The notes beneath the pieces were generated by a model. The model worked only from the letters and a program-made list of their open reading frames with translations. It made no database searches and had not been told where the DNA came from. This document shows positions 54,921 through 64,000 of a DNA stretch of 64,000 nt, in pieces. The DNA is taken from positions 7,573-71,572 of the forward strand of contig JBDIVR010000006.1 of the NCBI GenBank assembly GCA_039794265.1, written 5' to 3'. The position numbers were made by a program, and so were the translations under genes. Each line of letters begins with the position of its first letter. Within the stretch, counting starts at the first letter, position 1. Source of the stretch: Myxococcota bacterium (GTDB taxonomy: Bacteria; Myxococcota_A; UBA9160; PR03).

Positions 54921-55290
54921 GGCGGCGCTGGCGCGGGACGGGGGTTGCTGAGCGGGGCGGTTGGTTGCTGGGGTGCTGGCGTCCTTATGGACTTCGCTCG
55001 GCTGCGCCTCGCTGCGCGCGCCGGCGGACCGGCGCTTGCCGGACGCCGATTGGGGTTCGATGCGGGTGCGGGCGGCGCTGGAGCGGGACGGGGGTTGCTG
55101 AGCGGGGCGGTTGGTTGCTGGGCGGGAAGCGTCCTTATGGACTTCGCTCGCCTGCGGCTCGCTGCGCGCGCCGGCGGACCGGCGCTTGCCGGACGCCGGT
55201 TGGGCGTGGTTGCTGGCGCGCTGGCGTCCTTGTGGACTTCGCTCGCCTGCGGCTCGCTGCGCGCGCCGGCAAGGCCCGGCGCTTGCAGAA
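54921..55290. repeat. tandem repeat, ~150-bp unit x2 plus a partial third copy of a ~70-bp hairpin-containing core
   Basis: 54921..55070 and 55071..~55208 are ~93% identical over ~138 nt by hand alignment. The core GCGTCCTT(A/G)TGGACTTCGCTCG(G/C)CTGCG(C/G)CTCGCTGCGCGCGCCGGC...CCGGCGCTTGC occurs at 54979, 55129 and 55224. It contains the hairpin GCGCCGG-loop-CCGGCGC, and in copies 1-2 an outer GGCGTCC...GGACGCC pair. Confidence 0.8.
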
Positions 55291-55731
55291 AACCCCGGAA
55301 GCGGACCTGGTCGTGGGTCGTGCACCCTGGCGGCTGGGTCCCGAGGGCGGCTACGGCTTCCGCGCTTCCGGGGTCGGTGGCGCTGGGACGTCGCGTCCCT
55401 AGCAGTTCACCGAGACTGCATCAGCGATTCGGAACGGCGATCAGGACGCCGCCACCTCACTCGCCGTAGTGTTGAGACATCTACTCACGAATCACCTCCT
55501 CGTCTCGGCGTAGGACGCACCCAGCAAGGCCCAGACCCTGCATCGGGTCCCGCGGTAGTGGCAGTCGCCGTGCCCGCCGCCGCGGGGCGCCCCGCACGAC
55601 CGACCCCATGTCGATCGGGACGGAACTCGAGGGTGAGTGAGACCCTCTGTGGCCGGAAGCGTATAGGCTCCGCCGCGGCGTGGCCAGCGCCCTGCGCCCG
55701 CGCCGGGCGCGAGCGGCTAGAATCCCGCGCC

Positions 55732-56601
<870 letters not shown>

Positions 56602-56637
56602 GCGACGCTCGGCCCCGACGCCCGGAGGATCCCCGCC

Positions 56638-57639
56638 ATGCGCGGCCGTCTCGCCATCCTGTTCTTCGCGCTGTTCGCGCTGATCGCGAGCTGGTTCACG
56701 ATCTGGGCGACGTGGCGCTACCAGGAGCTGGCGAAGGACATCGCGTGGCTCGACGACCGCGAGTTCGAGTCGCTGACGATGCTGACGATCGGCACCGGCA
56801 GCGCCTACGAGAACCCGAGTCGGCTCGGCCCGGTGTCGGCCGTGGGCATCGGCACGCGGATTGCGCTGATCGATGCCGGCCGCGGCGTGTCGGAAGCGCT
56901 GCGGCGCTGTCACATCCGCACGTCGCAGCCGGAGACCGTGTACCTGACGAGCCTGCTGCCGGAGAACGTCGTCGGCCTCGACGATCTCCTGTCGACCGGC
57001 TGGTTGGCGGCGCGGGAGACACCGCTGCGCGTCGTCGGGCCGCCCGGCACGAAGGCCGTCGCCGACGCGATCCTCGCCGCGCAGGCGCCCGGGACCGAGG
57101 CGCTCACGCGCGAGCTCGGGCTGCCGGCGGCAGGCGCTGCGCTCACCGTCGTCGAGGCGGACGACGGCTTCTCGGAGACGCGCGACGACGGCGTGACGAT
57201 CCGCGCCGGCGCCGTCGGCGCGCGGCCGCTGCCGAGCCTCGCGTGGCGCTTCGAGACGGCGGCGGAGGGCAAGCGCGCGGCGCTCACGCTGGTCGTCGCC
57301 GGCAGCGGGCCGGATCCCGCGACTCTCGAGGCGTTCAGCCAAGGTGCGGGCCTGCTCGCCGTCGAGGGGTTCTTCCGCGCTGCCGTCGATGCGGTGATCG
57401 AGGCGGGCGACCCGGACGCCGAGCGGCTCGGCCGCGAGGCCGACCTGCATCTCGCCACCGGCGCCGCCGGCCGGCTGGCGCAGCGCGCCGGCGTGCCGCT
57501 GCTGGTGCTGACCCGGCTGCGCCCGCCGCCGATGTTCGATCAGCAGTTCAAGACGTCGGTCTCGGAACACTTCCAGGGCCGCGTCGTCATCGCCGAGGAC
57601 TGCGACTCGTTCAGCGGCGGCGCGACCGGCGGCGGGTAG
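56638..57639 (+). CDS. membrane-anchored MBL-fold (RNase Z-like) protein lacking the HxHxDH motif
   Basis: N-terminal TM ILFFALFALIASWFTIW. LTIGTGSAYENPSR...ALIDAGRG aligns to the RNase Z N-terminus. The motif position reads VYLTSLLPENVVGLDDLL instead of IFITHxHxDHxxGLPGLL. Confidence 0.6.
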   Translation: MRGRLAILFFALFALIASWFTIWATWRYQELAKDIAWLDDREFESLTMLTIGTGSAYENPSRLGPVSAVGIGTRIALIDAGRGVSEALRRCHIRTSQPETVYLTSLLPENVVGLDDLLSTGWLAARETPLRVVGPPGTKAVADAILAAQAPGTEALTRELGLPAAGAALTVVEADDGFSETRDDGVTIRAGAVGARPLPSLAWRFETAAEGKRAALTLVVAGSGPDPATLEAFSQGAGLLAVEGFFRAAVDAVIEAGDPDAERLGREADLHLATGAAGRLAQRAGVPLLVLTRLRPPPMFDQQFKTSVSEHFQGRVVIAEDCDSFSGGATGGG

Positions 57640-57643
57640 TAGG

Positions 57644-59050
57644 CTAGATCGCGATCCCCGGATCTTCGCTGTCGTCCCACGGCGCCGGCGGCTCCGGCGG
57701 CGTGCCCCAGCCGGGCGGAGCGGGGCGATCGTCGGCGGCGCGCTCACCGAGGAACCGGCGGCGCTGCTCGCGGAAGTACGGCTCGTCCGGCGCCAGCGCG
57801 ATCGCCTCGTCGATGGTCTCGACGGCGGCCCCCTCGTCGCCATTGCGCCACTGCGCTTCGGCGAGCGTGTCGAGGATGTTCGGGTCGAGGCCCTGCGTCG
57901 CGTAGGCGGCGCGCTCGGCGAGCACGAGCGCGTGGGCGAGCGCTTGCCGGCTCGGCTCGTCGGCCGTCGCGATCAGCCAGGCGGCGTCGTTGAGGATCAC
58001 CGCCGGGGAGCCCTTCGCTTGCAGCAGGCGCTCGGCGTGCCCCTCCCACGCGGCGCTGTCCACCAGGAGGCGCGCGGCGCTCGCGATCGACACGGTCGCG
58101 ACGGCGAGCACGAGGCTGGCAGCGACCAGCGCATCGACGCGCAGGCGCTCGCGGCCGAGTCGTGCTCCAGTTCCCATCGCGGCCGCGACGACGCCGACGG
58201 CGAAGCCGGTGAGGTGCGCGGCACCGGCGATGAACGGCAGCGCGATCGGCAGCATGGCGTCGAACAGCAGCGCACCGACGAACAGACGCCGCGGCAACCG
58301 CCAGCCGGCGGGAAGCTGCTCGGGCCGCCGGAACTCGAGCCACAGCACGGCGCCGGCGAGACCGGCCACCATGCCGGACGCGCCGACGAGCGCGTCGTAA
58401 CCGGCGAACCACGCGCTCGCCATCGCCGCGCCGCCCGAGAGCCCTAGAACGAGCACTGTCCGGAGCGCTCCGAGCGGCCACTCGACGAGCGCACCGAGCG
58501 CGATCAACCCGAGCACGTTGAACACCAGGTGCGCGAGGTCCGCGTGCAGCAGGTTGGCCGTCACCAGCCGCCACGGCTCGCCGTGCGCAGCGAGCAGCGG
58601 ACTCATGAAGCCGGCGTGGTGCACGATCGGCCCGAGCAGCACCTCGAGCGCGTACACCGCGAGACACAGCCCGGCGATCACCGGCGTGACGCGGAGGCGA
58701 TGCGGCTGGCGCAGCAGCGCCTCCGCCGCGGCCATCTCCGCGAGCTGCCGTGAGGCCTGCGGCTGCGGCCCGCCGGCGATCCGCTCGAGCAGCGCATGCG
58801 CCAATCGTTCGGGTCCGCCGGCCTCGGCGAACCACCGCCGCGGCAGCACGGTGATGCCGCGCCGCGTCCCGAAGCGGACCTGGCGCGTGCCGACCTGGAG
58901 ATGAGTGATCTCGCCGTAGCCGGTGAAGCGTTCCGCACCGGTCCAGCGTGAGCTCGGATGCCGGAAGCCGCTGGTGTGGAGCGCGACCTCGCCGCGTCCG
59001 GGTCGCAGCGGGATCCGGACCTCGGCCGGGCGGGCGTCGATGGCATTCAC
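57644..59050 (-). CDS. rhomboid-family intramembrane serine protease with N-terminal extension and C-terminal TPR-like region
   Basis: LLHADLAHLVFNVLGL (HxxxN), GASGMVAGLAG (GxSG), AAHLTGFAVG. C-terminus LAEAQWRNGDEGAAVETIDEAIALAPDEPYF. Confidence 0.8.
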   Translation of the reverse strand: MNAIDARPAEVRIPLRPGRGEVALHTSGFRHPSSRWTGAERFTGYGEITHLQVGTRQVRFGTRRGITVLPRRWFAEAGGPERLAHALLERIAGGPQPQASRQLAEMAAAEALLRQPHRLRVTPVIAGLCLAVYALEVLLGPIVHHAGFMSPLLAAHGEPWRLVTANLLHADLAHLVFNVLGLIALGALVEWPLGALRTVLVLGLSGGAAMASAWFAGYDALVGASGMVAGLAGAVLWLEFRRPEQLPAGWRLPRRLFVGALLFDAMLPIALPFIAGAAHLTGFAVGVVAAAMGTGARLGRERLRVDALVAASLVLAVATVSIASAARLLVDSAAWEGHAERLLQAKGSPAVILNDAAWLIATADEPSRQALAHALVLAERAAYATQGLDPNILDTLAEAQWRNGDEGAAVETIDEAIALAPDEPYFREQRRRFLGERAADDRPAPPGWGTPPEPPAPWDDSEDPGIAI

Positions 59051-59083
59051 GCGCCGTAGGCTAGCGCTGCGGCCGGCGCGCGG

Positions 59084-60397
59084 TCAGGACTTCTGCGGCA
59101 CCGGCAGCGCTGGCATCCGGCGCGAGAAGAGCAGGAACACCAGCGCGAATGCGCCGAGGAAGCCGAGGGCGATGCCGACCTGGACGAACCCGAGGAACGC
59201 CAGCGTGTCCTTCGGCACCAGCGACGGCCAGATCAGCACGTTGCGCTCGAGCCAGAAGCCGAACAGGGAGATCGCCGAGACGCTGCCGAGGATGATCGGC
59301 GTGCGCTTCGGGCGTTGGCCCAGCAGCACCCAGAACGGGATGATCCAGCAGCACGCCCAGACCAGCAGCGACAGCTTCGCGTACGGCTCCTTCAGGCGCT
59401 CCCAGAAGAACTCCATCGCCCAGGTCTGCGACAGGTACAGCTCGCCGATCCCGGACTTGTCCACCAGGAACTGGCTGCCGAGGCGGGCCTCGAAGAACTG
59501 CGTCTCCTCGGGCAGGTTGCCGTACCAGATCACGAGGTACTGCGAGAAGAACAGGTACATCCAGAAGATCGAGAACGCGAAGATCATCTTGCCGAGATCG
59601 TGCAGGCGGTCCTTCGTGATCTGGCCCTCGAAGCCGACCGACCGCTGGTGCAGGATCGCGATCAGCGCCGTCGCGCACACCGCGGACAGGAAGCCGCCCC
59701 ACGCGAAGTACGCGCCGAACAGGTTCGAGAACCACGTCGGCGTCAGCGACATCACCTGGTCGAAGGCGAGGAACGACCAGCCGAGCGCGAACGACAGGCA
59801 CACGATCGGCGCCAGCACCTGGAGCTTGCGCGCGCAGCGCACGCGCTCCGCCTCGTCGCCCTGCCAGTTGGACGCCCACCGGCGCAGCAGGCCCGACCCG
59901 CCGCCGTTCTGCGCCACGCCGCCGAGCGCCGGCCGGAACGAGAAGTAGAGGTACGCGACCGACAGCGCGGCGAGCCAGACCAGGATGCCGAGGTCCATCC
60001 AGAACAGCCGCGTCGCGGTGAGGTAGGACTCCTTGCCGGGCGGCGGGTTGTGTAGCCACGGCGAGTAGATGCTCTCGCGGCCGAGGAAGCCGATCAGGAA
60101 GAACACGACGGTGAGCGGAACCCACGCGCCGAGCGACTCGGCGATATGGCGGATCGGCCCGGGCCAGCGCGCGCCGATGATCACGAACGCGGACGACACG
60201 ACGAGCGCGCCCTGCGCCAGCGCACCCCAGTAGAGGTAGTTCACATGGAAGGCGAGCCACGCGGTGTCCGCATCGGCGGCCAGGCCGACGAAGAACGCGA
60301 TGACTCCCAGCGCCACGAGCGCCAGACACGCCCCGAGCAGTAGCGTCGGGATCGGACGCGGGCTCACCTGCCCCACAGTGACGTCGGCGGGGGTCAA
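59084..60397 (-). CDS. actF: Alternative Complex III subunit ActF (quinol:cytochrome c oxidoreductase membrane protein)
   Basis: GGAGGTG plus 4 nt plus TTG 60397, overlapping the actE stop (TTGA). A 437-aa polytopic protein, last gene in the actB-F order. The rest of ORF 59084..60985 is out of context. Confidence 0.8.
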   Translation of the reverse strand: MTPADVTVGQVSPRPIPTLLLGACLALVALGVIAFFVGLAADADTAWLAFHVNYLYWGALAQGALVVSSAFVIIGARWPGPIRHIAESLGAWVPLTVVFFLIGFLGRESIYSPWLHNPPPGKESYLTATRLFWMDLGILVWLAALSVAYLYFSFRPALGGVAQNGGGSGLLRRWASNWQGDEAERVRCARKLQVLAPIVCLSFALGWSFLAFDQVMSLTPTWFSNLFGAYFAWGGFLSAVCATALIAILHQRSVGFEGQITKDRLHDLGKMIFAFSIFWMYLFFSQYLVIWYGNLPEETQFFEARLGSQFLVDKSGIGELYLSQTWAMEFFWERLKEPYAKLSLLVWACCWIIPFWVLLGQRPKRTPIILGSVSAISLFGFWLERNVLIWPSLVPKDTLAFLGFVQVGIALGFLGAFALVFLLFSRRMPALPVPQKS

Positions 60398-61089
60398 TTC
60401 GCACCTCCGGAAACAGGAGCCGTGCCGTCGGAAGCGGGCGCCGCGGCAGCAGGCGCGGGCGGCGCTGCGCTCGCGGTCTGCGGGGCCTGCGTCGGTCCGG
60501 GCACCTGGCCGTTCAGGTAACGGACGTAGTTTACGATGTCCCAGCGGTCGCTCGGCGGGATGCGCTTGTAGTTGGGCATCCGGCGCACGCCCTGCGAGAT
60601 CACGGAGAAGATGTGGCCGTCCGTGAATCCGCTGGTGAGCGCCTTGCCGACGGGACCCGCGATCGGCAGCACCGCGACGAACGGTCCCTTGCCGTAGGGC
60701 GGGCCCGCAACGGGGCCGTCGCCGAGACCGGCCATGCCGTGGCAGGCGGAGCAGTAGACGTTGTACTGCGCGCGGCCGTTCTCGAGCGACGTGAGCGACG
60801 GCGGATTCGGGTTCGCCAGCTTCTCGCCCTCGGCGAGCGTGATCTCGCTGGCCTTCAGCGGCATGCCGACCGGCACGGTTCCTTCGGGCGGCATGAAGTT
60901 GCCGATCGCCTGCTCCTCGTCGCCGGGCCGACCCTGGAGTTCGTACGCCTGGACGGCGCGCTGCCACTTCATCTGCGGCCACCACTCGTTCGACATCTGC
61001 TCCCAGCAGCCGGTCGAGACGAGCACAGCGACGGCGAAGGCGCCGGTCTGGAGCAGCGCCACGCGCTTGCGGGGGCTAGGCCGGAACAA
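60394..61089 (-). CDS. actE: Alternative Complex III subunit ActE (monohaem cytochrome c lipoprotein)
   Basis: AGGAGG plus 6 nt plus TTG 61089. Lipobox LVSTGC, haem motif CSACHG, ...RRMPNYKRIPPSDRWDIVNYVRYL. The ORF-track start 61107 is the alternative. Confidence 0.8.
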   Translation of the reverse strand: MFRPSPRKRVALLQTGAFAVAVLVSTGCWEQMSNEWWPQMKWQRAVQAYELQGRPGDEEQAIGNFMPPEGTVPVGMPLKASEITLAEGEKLANPNPPSLTSLENGRAQYNVYCSACHGMAGLGDGPVAGPPYGKGPFVAVLPIAGPVGKALTSGFTDGHIFSVISQGVRRMPNYKRIPPSDRWDIVNYVRYLNGQVPGPTQAPQTASAAPPAPAAAAPASDGTAPVSGGAN

Positions 61090-61579
61090 TGCCCACCTCC
61101 TTCGCATGGTTCGCGCGCATCAGCCCGTCCACTTCCGCCACGTCCCGGTCGGGGACTTCGACGGCAATTCCGAACTCGTCGCCGGAGAAGCGCGCGCTGT
61201 ACGCGGGATCGAGGCGGACCGACGGGAGCCGGCCGACGACGAGCAGGCCGATCAGCGTGAAGATGCCGCCGAACAGGATCGTGAGCTCGAAGGCGATCAC
61301 CGTGTAGGTGGGGATCGCCGCGTACGGCTTGCCGCCGATCACGATCGGCCAATCGAGCGACATCCAGATCGTCATCGCGTAGCCGGTGACGACGCCGAGC
61401 AGGCCTCCGATCAGCGTGAAGTAGCGGACCTTGCTGGGCTTCGGGTCGACGGCCTCCTCGACCTCGTCGAAGGGCGCCGGCGAATAGACCTCGAGCTTGG
61501 CGAAGCCGCGGCCCTTGAGCCTCGTCACCGTCTCGGCGACGTCGTGCGGATCGTCGTAGACCCCGAGCAGGGTAGGCAT
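61076..61579 (-). CDS. actD: Alternative Complex III subunit ActD (DUF3341)
   Basis: 167 aa. MPTLLGVYDDPHDVAETVTRLKGRGF...two TM helices...FGIAVEV. Confidence 0.8.
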   Translation of the reverse strand: MPTLLGVYDDPHDVAETVTRLKGRGFAKLEVYSPAPFDEVEEAVDPKPSKVRYFTLIGGLLGVVTGYAMTIWMSLDWPIVIGGKPYAAIPTYTVIAFELTILFGGIFTLIGLLVVGRLPSVRLDPAYSARFSGDEFGIAVEVPDRDVAEVDGLMRANHAKEVGIVPA

Positions 61580-61580
61580 C

Positions 61581-62969
61581 TCAGTGGGCCTCCGAGGTGG
61601 CGTGCCCGTGGCTGCGCGCGTGGATCTCGAGCTCCTTGACCTCGGAGATCGGAATCACCGGGAACAGCTTCAGGAACAGCAGGAACGCGATGCTGAAGAA
61701 CGAGAAGCTGCCGATCACGATGAGCAGCTCGGGGATGCTCGGTGTGTAGTGGCCCCAGACGGCCGGGTTGTACTCGCGAGACAGGCCCGTGATGATGATG
61801 ACGTAGCGCTCGAACCACATGCCGATGTTGATCAACGTCGAGACGACGAAAATGGTCGGCACGTGGGTTCTCGCCCATTTGAACCAGAAGATGTGTGGGA
61901 CCACCCCGTTGAAGATGATCATGCACCAGGTCGAGATCCAGTACGGTCCGAAGGCGCGCAACCAGAAGCTGGTCCGCTCTGCCTCGACGCCGCTGTACCA
62001 GGCGATGAAGTACTCGATCCCGTACGCGTAGCCGATGATCACCGACGTCAGCAGCAGGAACCGGGTCATGTTCTCGAAGTGGTAGTCCGTGATGATGTGC
62101 TCGAGGCGGAAGATCCGGCGCACCGGGATCATCACCGTCAGCACCATCGCGAAGCCCGAGAAGATCGCGCCGGCGACGAAGTACGGCGCGAAGATCGTCG
62201 CGTGCCAGCCCGGCACGATGGACACGGCGAAGTCCCAGGACACGACCGAGTGGACCGAGAGCACGAGCGGCGTCGCGAGGCCCGAGAGGTGCAGCACCGT
62301 CCGGGTGTGGGACTTCCACTGGCGGCTCGTCCCCTGCCAGCCGAGCGCGAGCGCGCCGTACAGGACCTTGCGCCAGCCGGTGGTGCGATCGCGCGCGATC
62401 GCCAGGTCCGGGATCAGGCCCACGTAGAAGAAGATCAGCGAGATCAGCGTGTAGGTGCTGATCGCAAAGGTGTCCCACAGCAGGGGGCTCTTGAAGTTGA
62501 CCCACAGCGCGCGCTGGTTCGGATACGGAAGGATGAAGTACGCCTTCCAGATCCGGCCGACGTGGATGCCGAGGAAGAGCTGCGCGGTGAACACCGCGAA
62601 GATCGTCATCGCCTCGGCGGAGCGGTTGATCGCGTTGCGCCACCTGGCGCGGAACAGGAACAGGATCGCCGAGATCAGCGTGCCGGCGTGGGCGATGCCG
62701 ACCCAGAACACGAACGTGACGATGTACGCGCCCCAGAAGATCGGATGCGAGTAGCCGGCGATGCCGAGACCCAGGTAGATCTGGAAGATCCACGTGAGGG
62801 CGCCGGCGACGAGGCCGGCGCCGCAGAGACCGATCAGGAGCAGCCAGCCGAGGCCGGGCCGCTCCATGAAGACGGCCATCACGTCGCGGTTGGTCTGCGA
62901 ATCCGCCAGCAGCGGTGTCGGCCGGATCATCGCGGCGACCGATTCAGCGGGCGGCGGCGGCGGCGTCAT
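61581..62969 (-). CDS. actC: Alternative Complex III subunit ActC (NrfD/PsrC-like quinol-interacting membrane subunit)
   Basis: ATG 62969 (MTPPPPPAESV...). 462 aa, about 10 TM (…HPIFWGAYIVTFVFWVGIAHAGTLISAILF…). Confidence 0.88.
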   Translation of the reverse strand: MTPPPPPAESVAAMIRPTPLLADSQTNRDVMAVFMERPGLGWLLLIGLCGAGLVAGALTWIFQIYLGLGIAGYSHPIFWGAYIVTFVFWVGIAHAGTLISAILFLFRARWRNAINRSAEAMTIFAVFTAQLFLGIHVGRIWKAYFILPYPNQRALWVNFKSPLLWDTFAISTYTLISLIFFYVGLIPDLAIARDRTTGWRKVLYGALALGWQGTSRQWKSHTRTVLHLSGLATPLVLSVHSVVSWDFAVSIVPGWHATIFAPYFVAGAIFSGFAMVLTVMIPVRRIFRLEHIITDYHFENMTRFLLLTSVIIGYAYGIEYFIAWYSGVEAERTSFWLRAFGPYWISTWCMIIFNGVVPHIFWFKWARTHVPTIFVVSTLINIGMWFERYVIIITGLSREYNPAVWGHYTPSIPELLIVIGSFSFFSIAFLLFLKLFPVIPISEVKELEIHARSHGHATSEAH

Positions 62970-62971
62970 CT

Positions 62972-64000
62972 CTACCCCTCGACCGGTCCACGCGTGACCT
63001 TTGCTAGGTAGGTCACAGCGGGCCGGGTGTTGAGCTCGTGCAGTGCGTGGTAGCCGCGCACGGGATCGTCGGACTTCCGGACCACGGCGCTGGCGCCGTC
63101 CTTCAGGTTGCCGAAGGTGATGGCCTGGGTCGGACAGGCCTGTGCGCAGGCCGTCGTCACTTCCCCGTCGGCGATCGGCCGCTGCTCGTCCTTGGCCTTC
63201 TGCCGGGCGAACGCCACTCGCTGGACGCAGAAGGTGCACTTCTCCATCACGCCCTGCCCGCGCACGGTGACGTCCGGATTCAGCATCAACGGCATCGGCT
63301 CGGGCCAGTTGTGGATCTGGAAGTCGTACCAGTTGAAGCGCCGGACCTTGTACGGACAGTTGTTCGCGCAATACCGCGTGCCGATGCAGCGGTTGTAGAT
63401 CATGCCGTTGAGGCCGTCTTCGTTGTGGTACGTCGCGATCACCGGACACACCGGCTCGCAGGGCGCCGCGCCGCACTGCTGGCAGACGAGGGCTGCGTGT
63501 CGCACGTCGACGATGCTGCCCGACTCGTCCGGTAGGATCGGATCGAGACCGGCTCCGCCCTCGAGGCTGCCGTCGCCGACCCAGCGCTCGATGCGCAGCC
63601 ACGACATGATGCGGCCACGCCGCACCTCTTCCTCGCCGACCACGGGGATGTTGTTCTCGATGTAACAGGCGGCGACGCAGGCCTTGCAGCCGGTGCAGCG
63701 GTCGAGATCGATCGCCATGCCCCAGCGGTACAGGCTGTTCGCGTCCGAGTCCTTGGCGGCGTCGAACTCGCGCAGGTGATGCTCGGCGTGGTCGCCGCCG
63801 TGCGCGTCGGCCTCGCCGTGCGCGGCCCCGGCGGCCGCGAATGCGGACAGCGGCGTTGCCAGGCCGAGCCGGCGGCCACGTTGGTCCTGGCTGTCCTGGT
63901 CGATCGCGAAGCGGAAGTGCCCGCCGGTCTTGCGGGCGTTCGCCCGCGCGACGAGCCACGCGCGTCCGCCCGACTCGTCGGTGAGCGACGGCAGCGCCGC
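62972..64000 (-). CDS. actB: Alternative Complex III subunit ActB, Fe-S (B2) part; 5' end beyond the right edge
   Basis: The frame is open from 64000. ...YRWGMAIDLDRCTGCKACVAACYIENNIP..., further Cys clusters CQQCGAAPCEPVCP, CIGTRYCANNCPYKVRRFN and CTFCVQR. Confidence 0.85.
   Translation of the reverse strand, partial: AALPSLTDESGGRAWLVARANARKTGGHFRFAIDQDSQDQRGRRLGLATPLSAFAAAGAAHGEADAHGGDHAEHHLREFDAAKDSDANSLYRWGMAIDLDRCTGCKACVAACYIENNIPVVGEEEVRRGRIMSWLRIERWVGDGSLEGGAGLDPILPDESGSIVDVRHAALVCQQCGAAPCEPVCPVIATYHNEDGLNGMIYNRCIGTRYCANNCPYKVRRFNWYDFQIHNWPEPMPLMLNPDVTVRGQGVMEKCTFCVQRVAFARQKAKDEQRPIADGEVTTACAQACPTQAITFGNLKDGASAVVRKSDDPVRGYHALHELNTRPAVTYLAKVTRGPVEG

Noticed and set aside
54921-55290. 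CRISPR array interpretation of the repeats.
   Set aside because: The units are ~150 bp and directly abutting, without unique spacers of uniform length. There are no cas genes in the window.
54867-55325. 152-aa minus-strand ORF reading through the tandem repeats, as a protein-coding gene.
   Set aside because: No convincing SD at its GTG start, no recognisable fold, and a composition typical of GC-rich non-coding translation. I did not annotate it as a CDS, but I mention it as an alternative in the repeat finding because third-position GC is fairly high and it ends 25 nt before the next gene.
55441-55488. Mini-ORF (15 aa, MSRCLNTTASEVAAS) on the minus strand, preceded by a perfect AGGAGGTGAT with 6-nt spacing. 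On the plus strand the same 10-mer equals the 16S rRNA 3'-end sequence ATCACCTCCT.
   Set aside because: Codon usage (AGT, AGA, TGT, ACT) is unlike the rest of the window. There is no conservation evidence, and a single 10-mer match can occur by chance. It is not an rRNA fragment, because nothing flanking it resembles 16S.
55400-55731. Riboswitch upstream of purU (ZTP/pfl-type or another folate/purine-linked leader).
   Set aside because: I looked for the conserved ZTP elements (a GGGTCGTGAC-like 5' domain and a CCGCCTGGGC-like 3' domain) on the purU strand and did not find them. Only short generic hairpins are present (e.g. GAGGGT-N7-ACCCTC at 55629..55647). A covariance-model scan would be needed to be certain.

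Overview
High-GC bacterial chromosomal window (about 70% G+C by eye, not computed). PEP-CTERM cargo proteins, an Alternative Complex III operon and a LolA-like/MMPL pair suggest a Gram-negative, possibly uncultured lineage, but the taxon cannot be determined from sequence alone. I support about 65 protein-coding genes or gene remnants and 2 tRNAs. Most of the very long ORFs in the supplied track are Arg/Ala/Gly/Pro-rich shadow frames typical of high-GC DNA.

Gene order, left to right:
- fmt-rsmB-rpe, translationally coupled.
- A colinear minus-strand phosphate cluster phoB-phoR-pstS-pstC-pstA-pstB, then an inverted second pstB and phoU.
- A LolA-like protein convergent with an MMPL exporter, then tRNA-Pro(CGG).
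- Bifunctional nuclease, small hypothetical, histidine phosphatase, ridA, a CPBP protease with no canonical start codon, greA, tRNA-Asn(GTT).
- SH3 protein, LLM oxidoreductase, two ABC exporter genes, a PPi-type phosphofructokinase.
- PEP-CTERM protein, ParA-like ATPase, kdsB, NicO-like transporter, fused membrane/spermidine-synthase-like protein, PPOX-like protein.
- GH3 glucosidase plus NarL-type regulator, convergent with a cysteine-rich PEP-CTERM protein plus a PDZ-like/multi-TM/GAF hybrid kinase.
- An ~11 kb accessory stretch (40.3-51.2 kb) of orphan genes and toxin-antitoxin remnants carrying at least eight gene-inactivating lesions.
- Acyl-CoA synthetase and a PEP-CTERM PQQ-type dehydrogenase.
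- An 890-bp intergenic region with a G-quadruplex motif and ~150-bp tandem repeats.
- purU, a degenerate MBL-fold protein, a rhomboid protease, and actB(partial)CDEF.

I saw no rRNA, CRISPR array, intact transposase or complete known defence system.

The items most worth a second look:
- The Cys-rich PEP-CTERM protein / PDZ-sensor kinase operon.
- The decayed accessory island.
- A G9 tract inside a near-consensus promoter spacer.
- The tandem-repeat and G4 intergenic region.
- The inverted pstB paralogue, and a 17-bp Pho-box-like operator present at two sites.

All family assignments come from motif recognition by eye. No database search was run.
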